Source: Anthoceros angustus (lineage: Eukaryota; Plantae; Anthocerotophyta). Taken from it: 64,000 nt of DNA. The notes beneath the pieces are model-generated. The model saw nothing but the letters and a program-made list of their open reading frames with translations. It was not told where the DNA came from and did not search any database. A program made the translations under genes and the position numbers. The stretch spans positions 62,001 to 126,000 of the forward strand of contig MU008200.1 of assembly GCA_010909165.1 (NCBI GenBank), given 5' to 3'. Below, piece by piece: positions 61,250 through 64,000 of the stretch. Position 1 is the first letter of the stretch. Each line of letters begins with the position of its first letter.

Positions 61250-62790
61250 AATATATTCAGGTTCATGTGGTTGGGTGCATGATCCACAATTACACGTTTA
61301 AGGCAAGAGCTTACTTGCATTATGCGAACTTGCGGAATGATACCAATCTCATGATTACCATCATCCAGGATGTTATTCATAACTACGAAGGAGTATTGCC
61401 AAAAGTGTAATATTTGCAATTGGACAAACACCTGCAAAGAGAACAAGAATCAACTGCTTTTTGCCTATCTCAACATGCTCGTGGACATGAGGATGTTTGA
61501 AAAGGTGAAAGTAGGGTTTTTGTTGGTGGGGCATACGCATGATCAAATCGACCAAATGTTTTCATGCTTTTCAAAAAGCTTAAAACACAAGGAAGCTCAC
61601 ACTCTTCCTGCTTTGTCAGAGATTTTGATTAGTGCGTACACTCCTCAGCCAGAGGTGAAGATATTGACTGAAGTTCCGGACTTCCGGTCATATGTTTGGC
61701 CAATCGGGCAAGGGCAAGGTGGACACGCATACAAGGCGGCGGTGAAACAATTAAACAACCTGTCTCACCAGCACCAATTCAAAATTACGAGAGAAGCCAA
61801 AGGTGACCGTGGGTTTGTTACTGTCATCAGGAGCAAGCAATATTCTACATCAGCCCATTGGGAGACAGAGGCCGGGTTGGAGTTTTTAACATTTGTGCCT
61901 TTGGACACGATAACGGCAGCTCCCTTAACCGCCCTCCGGTCAAGGGATAGAAAAGGAAAGTTGGCAGTCTTATCACCTACCGATGGTGTGGCTCATTTGA
62001 AGGAAGGTCTTTCGGCCCTTAGGCCTTATATGACATCGGAGGAATACAAACGGTGGGAAGCTTTCTGGGTGGACCAACAAGAGATTGTTGTTATTGTTCG
62101 AACAACATTGGGCTCGTCTTCAAAGATCCTTGGAAGTGGTATTCGAGGTCCAAAGTAAAAGTAATGCCAGTGGAAGAAGGTCATGTTCATTGCCCAAATT
62201 TTGACAGACACGCTATGCACCATTTTGATTAGTGCGTACACTCCTCAGCCAGAGGTGAAGATATTGAGTGAAGTTCAGGACTTCAGGTCATATGTTTGGC
62301 CAATCGGGCAAGGGCAAGGTGGACACGCATACAAGGCGGCGGTGAAACAATTAAACAACCTGTCTCACCAGCAGCAATTCAAAATTACGAGAGAAGCCAA
62401 AGGTGACCGTGGGTTTGTTACTGTCATCAGGAGCAAGCAATATTCTACATCAGCCCATTGGGAGACAGAGGCGGGTTGGAGTTTTAACATTTGTGCCTTT
62501 GGACACAATGGCGACTCCATAGCCCCTCGGTCAAGGGATAGAAAAGGAAAGTTAAGCCTTATCACCTACCGATGGTGTGGCTCATTTGAAGGAAGGTCTT
62601 TCGGCCCTTAGGCCTTATATGACATCGGAGGAATACAAACGGTGGGAAGCTTTCTGGGTGGACCAACAAGAGATTGTTGTTATTGTTCAGAACAACATTG
62701 GGCTCGTCCTTCAGCATCCTTGGAAGTGGTATTCGAGGTCCAAAGTAAAAGTAACAGCCCACAGGGAAGAAGGTCATGTTCATTGCAGTT
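61250..62790 (+). mobile_element. DUF7869 / Sola-like DNA transposase fragment
   Basis: YLQLD.TCKENKNQLLFAYL..FEKVKVGFLLVGHTHDQIDQMFS. The superfamily assignment is tentative. Confidence 0.6.
61622..62785. repeat. ~600-bp tandem duplication within the transposase fragment
   Basis: ATTTTGATTAGTGCGTACACTCCTCAGCCAGAGG at 61622 and 62222. The copies differ by substitutions and small indels. Confidence 0.9.
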
Positions 62791-63019
62791 CCAGCCGACA
62801 GGGACACGCACAACAGACCATTTTGGATTGGGAAGGTCCCTCAACAACGCTTCCTGTAATAAAGCTTCATCAGGAAGGCGCAGAGGGGATGCGCTATAGT
62901 TCACGACCAGTTTCACCAGGACCGTGGAGGCCGGATCCTTCACAACGTCCAATGTCTGCTCGTGGATGTTGTTTTAACTGGAATGCCGGTCACTATGCGA
63001 TGATCGAACCTCGGCGGTA

Positions 63020-64000
63020 GGCTATGTGCCCTTCGCTGTATGCAAAGAATTGGGGCACAAAGTGGGAGATCCAAGGTGCCTGTGAGTGTTACGTACTGTG
63101 CCTATACGGCCAGGAGTCAGAATCACCGAACCAGCAACGGAGACAATCCCCATCAACACGGAGACGGCCATCGCGGTAGCTAACACGCCGGTGTTGACGG
63201 TGGAGGCGGAAGAAGAAGAAGAACCACAAGAGGCTTTGCAGGTCTACTCAGGGATTGTGGAAGAAGGATATGCAGGAGAAGTAAGTGATGGAGAAGATCC
63301 CTTGGTGGCTAGGGTCACCACACGATCCGAAAGGCGAGAGAAGGAACGAAGGGTAGACCGACGGAAGGAGAAGACAGACAAGAAGAAGAGGAAGGTGCGC
63401 GAGGATTCACCTTGGCCACCTGAGACGAGACAAGGGACACCTGATCCGGTGTTGGAGGAGAATGACTGGACGAAGGAGAGTCCAGAGGTTACGAGGCGAG
63501 AGGAGGCTGAACCACTCGCGGAGGGAGGTGGAGACCCTACGTTTCCACCAGACATCAGCAAGGAAGTTGCTGTGATGTTGGAAGATGAACTGAGGAGGCT
63601 GACTCAGCGACCGAAAAGGGTCTCTTTTGCTGAATCTGCAGTGAGTGACCCGGTGGAAGACAAGAAGCAGGCGCAAGGAGAGGCGCCGAGTGAGGAACAA
63701 CCAAGAGAGGGCGTTGTTGCGCCACTCGCTAGTAGTGAGACCGCAAGAGGGGTTCTAGCATCAAAGATTTCTAGCTTTGCTGATGCGCTACTTGATCAAG
63801 AGTTTGTAGTGAGCTTGAGACAGCTCTTGGCGGTGAGTCCAAGATCGAGGAAGATCGTGAAGGAGGCGATACGGGGATACCAGAGCCACTAGAGGTAAGG
63901 AGCATGCAAGTGGAAGTTAACGCGTGGAGCTGGTTGATTGTGGAGCCCCGAGATTGAGATTGAGATAGCGGGGTGTTTAGTGCCGATGTCCCTTTGGACA
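63020..64000 (+). mobile_element. Gypsy-type gag-protease fragment, continuing beyond the window
   Basis: AVCKELGHKVGDPRC knuckle, an acidic linker, VSLRQLLAVSPRSRK, then EIEIAGCLV..VPLD leading into an aspartic-protease-like site. Confidence 0.65.

Overview
Gene-dense land-plant nuclear DNA with short (~80-100 bp) introns, most likely a hornwort (Anthoceros-like). This is inferred from DYW:WW- and GRP-type DYW:KP PPR editing-factor sequences plus very compact gene spacing. About 14 intact or near-intact genes: a HAD-like protein, an unknown conserved protein, GUN4, two tandem PLS-PPR editing factors, formate dehydrogenase, CWC22, DONSON, NDUFA8, a YbhB-type PEBP, a ZHOUPI-like bHLH, SF3B4, NEF1, an At1g73970-like protein and a NAT11/12 transporter. 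There are also pseudogenes (CPN60, PPR/DYW:KP, PPR fragments), an AT-rich island carrying an intronless TGS1 cap-hypermethylase domain, a nested LTR-retrotransposon cluster (37.8-47 kb) and a TE cluster at the right end (RLE non-LTR, DUF7869/Sola-like transposase, Gypsy gag-protease). Most noteworthy: (i) RNA-editing factor turnover, with a hidden catalytically dead DYW:WW domain behind a 1-nt frameshift, PLS-triplet-scale duplications and a relic U-to-C (KP) editor; (ii) the TGS1 island, possibly mobile; (iii) a microhomology-scrambled copy of the SF3B4 exon inside a Copia element 8.5 kb away; (iv) a minisatellite that multiplies a 5' splice site. Caveat: many 1-nt homopolymer indels and near-identical tandem duplications look like long-read assembly or polishing errors. 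All homology calls come from recalled motifs, not database searches.
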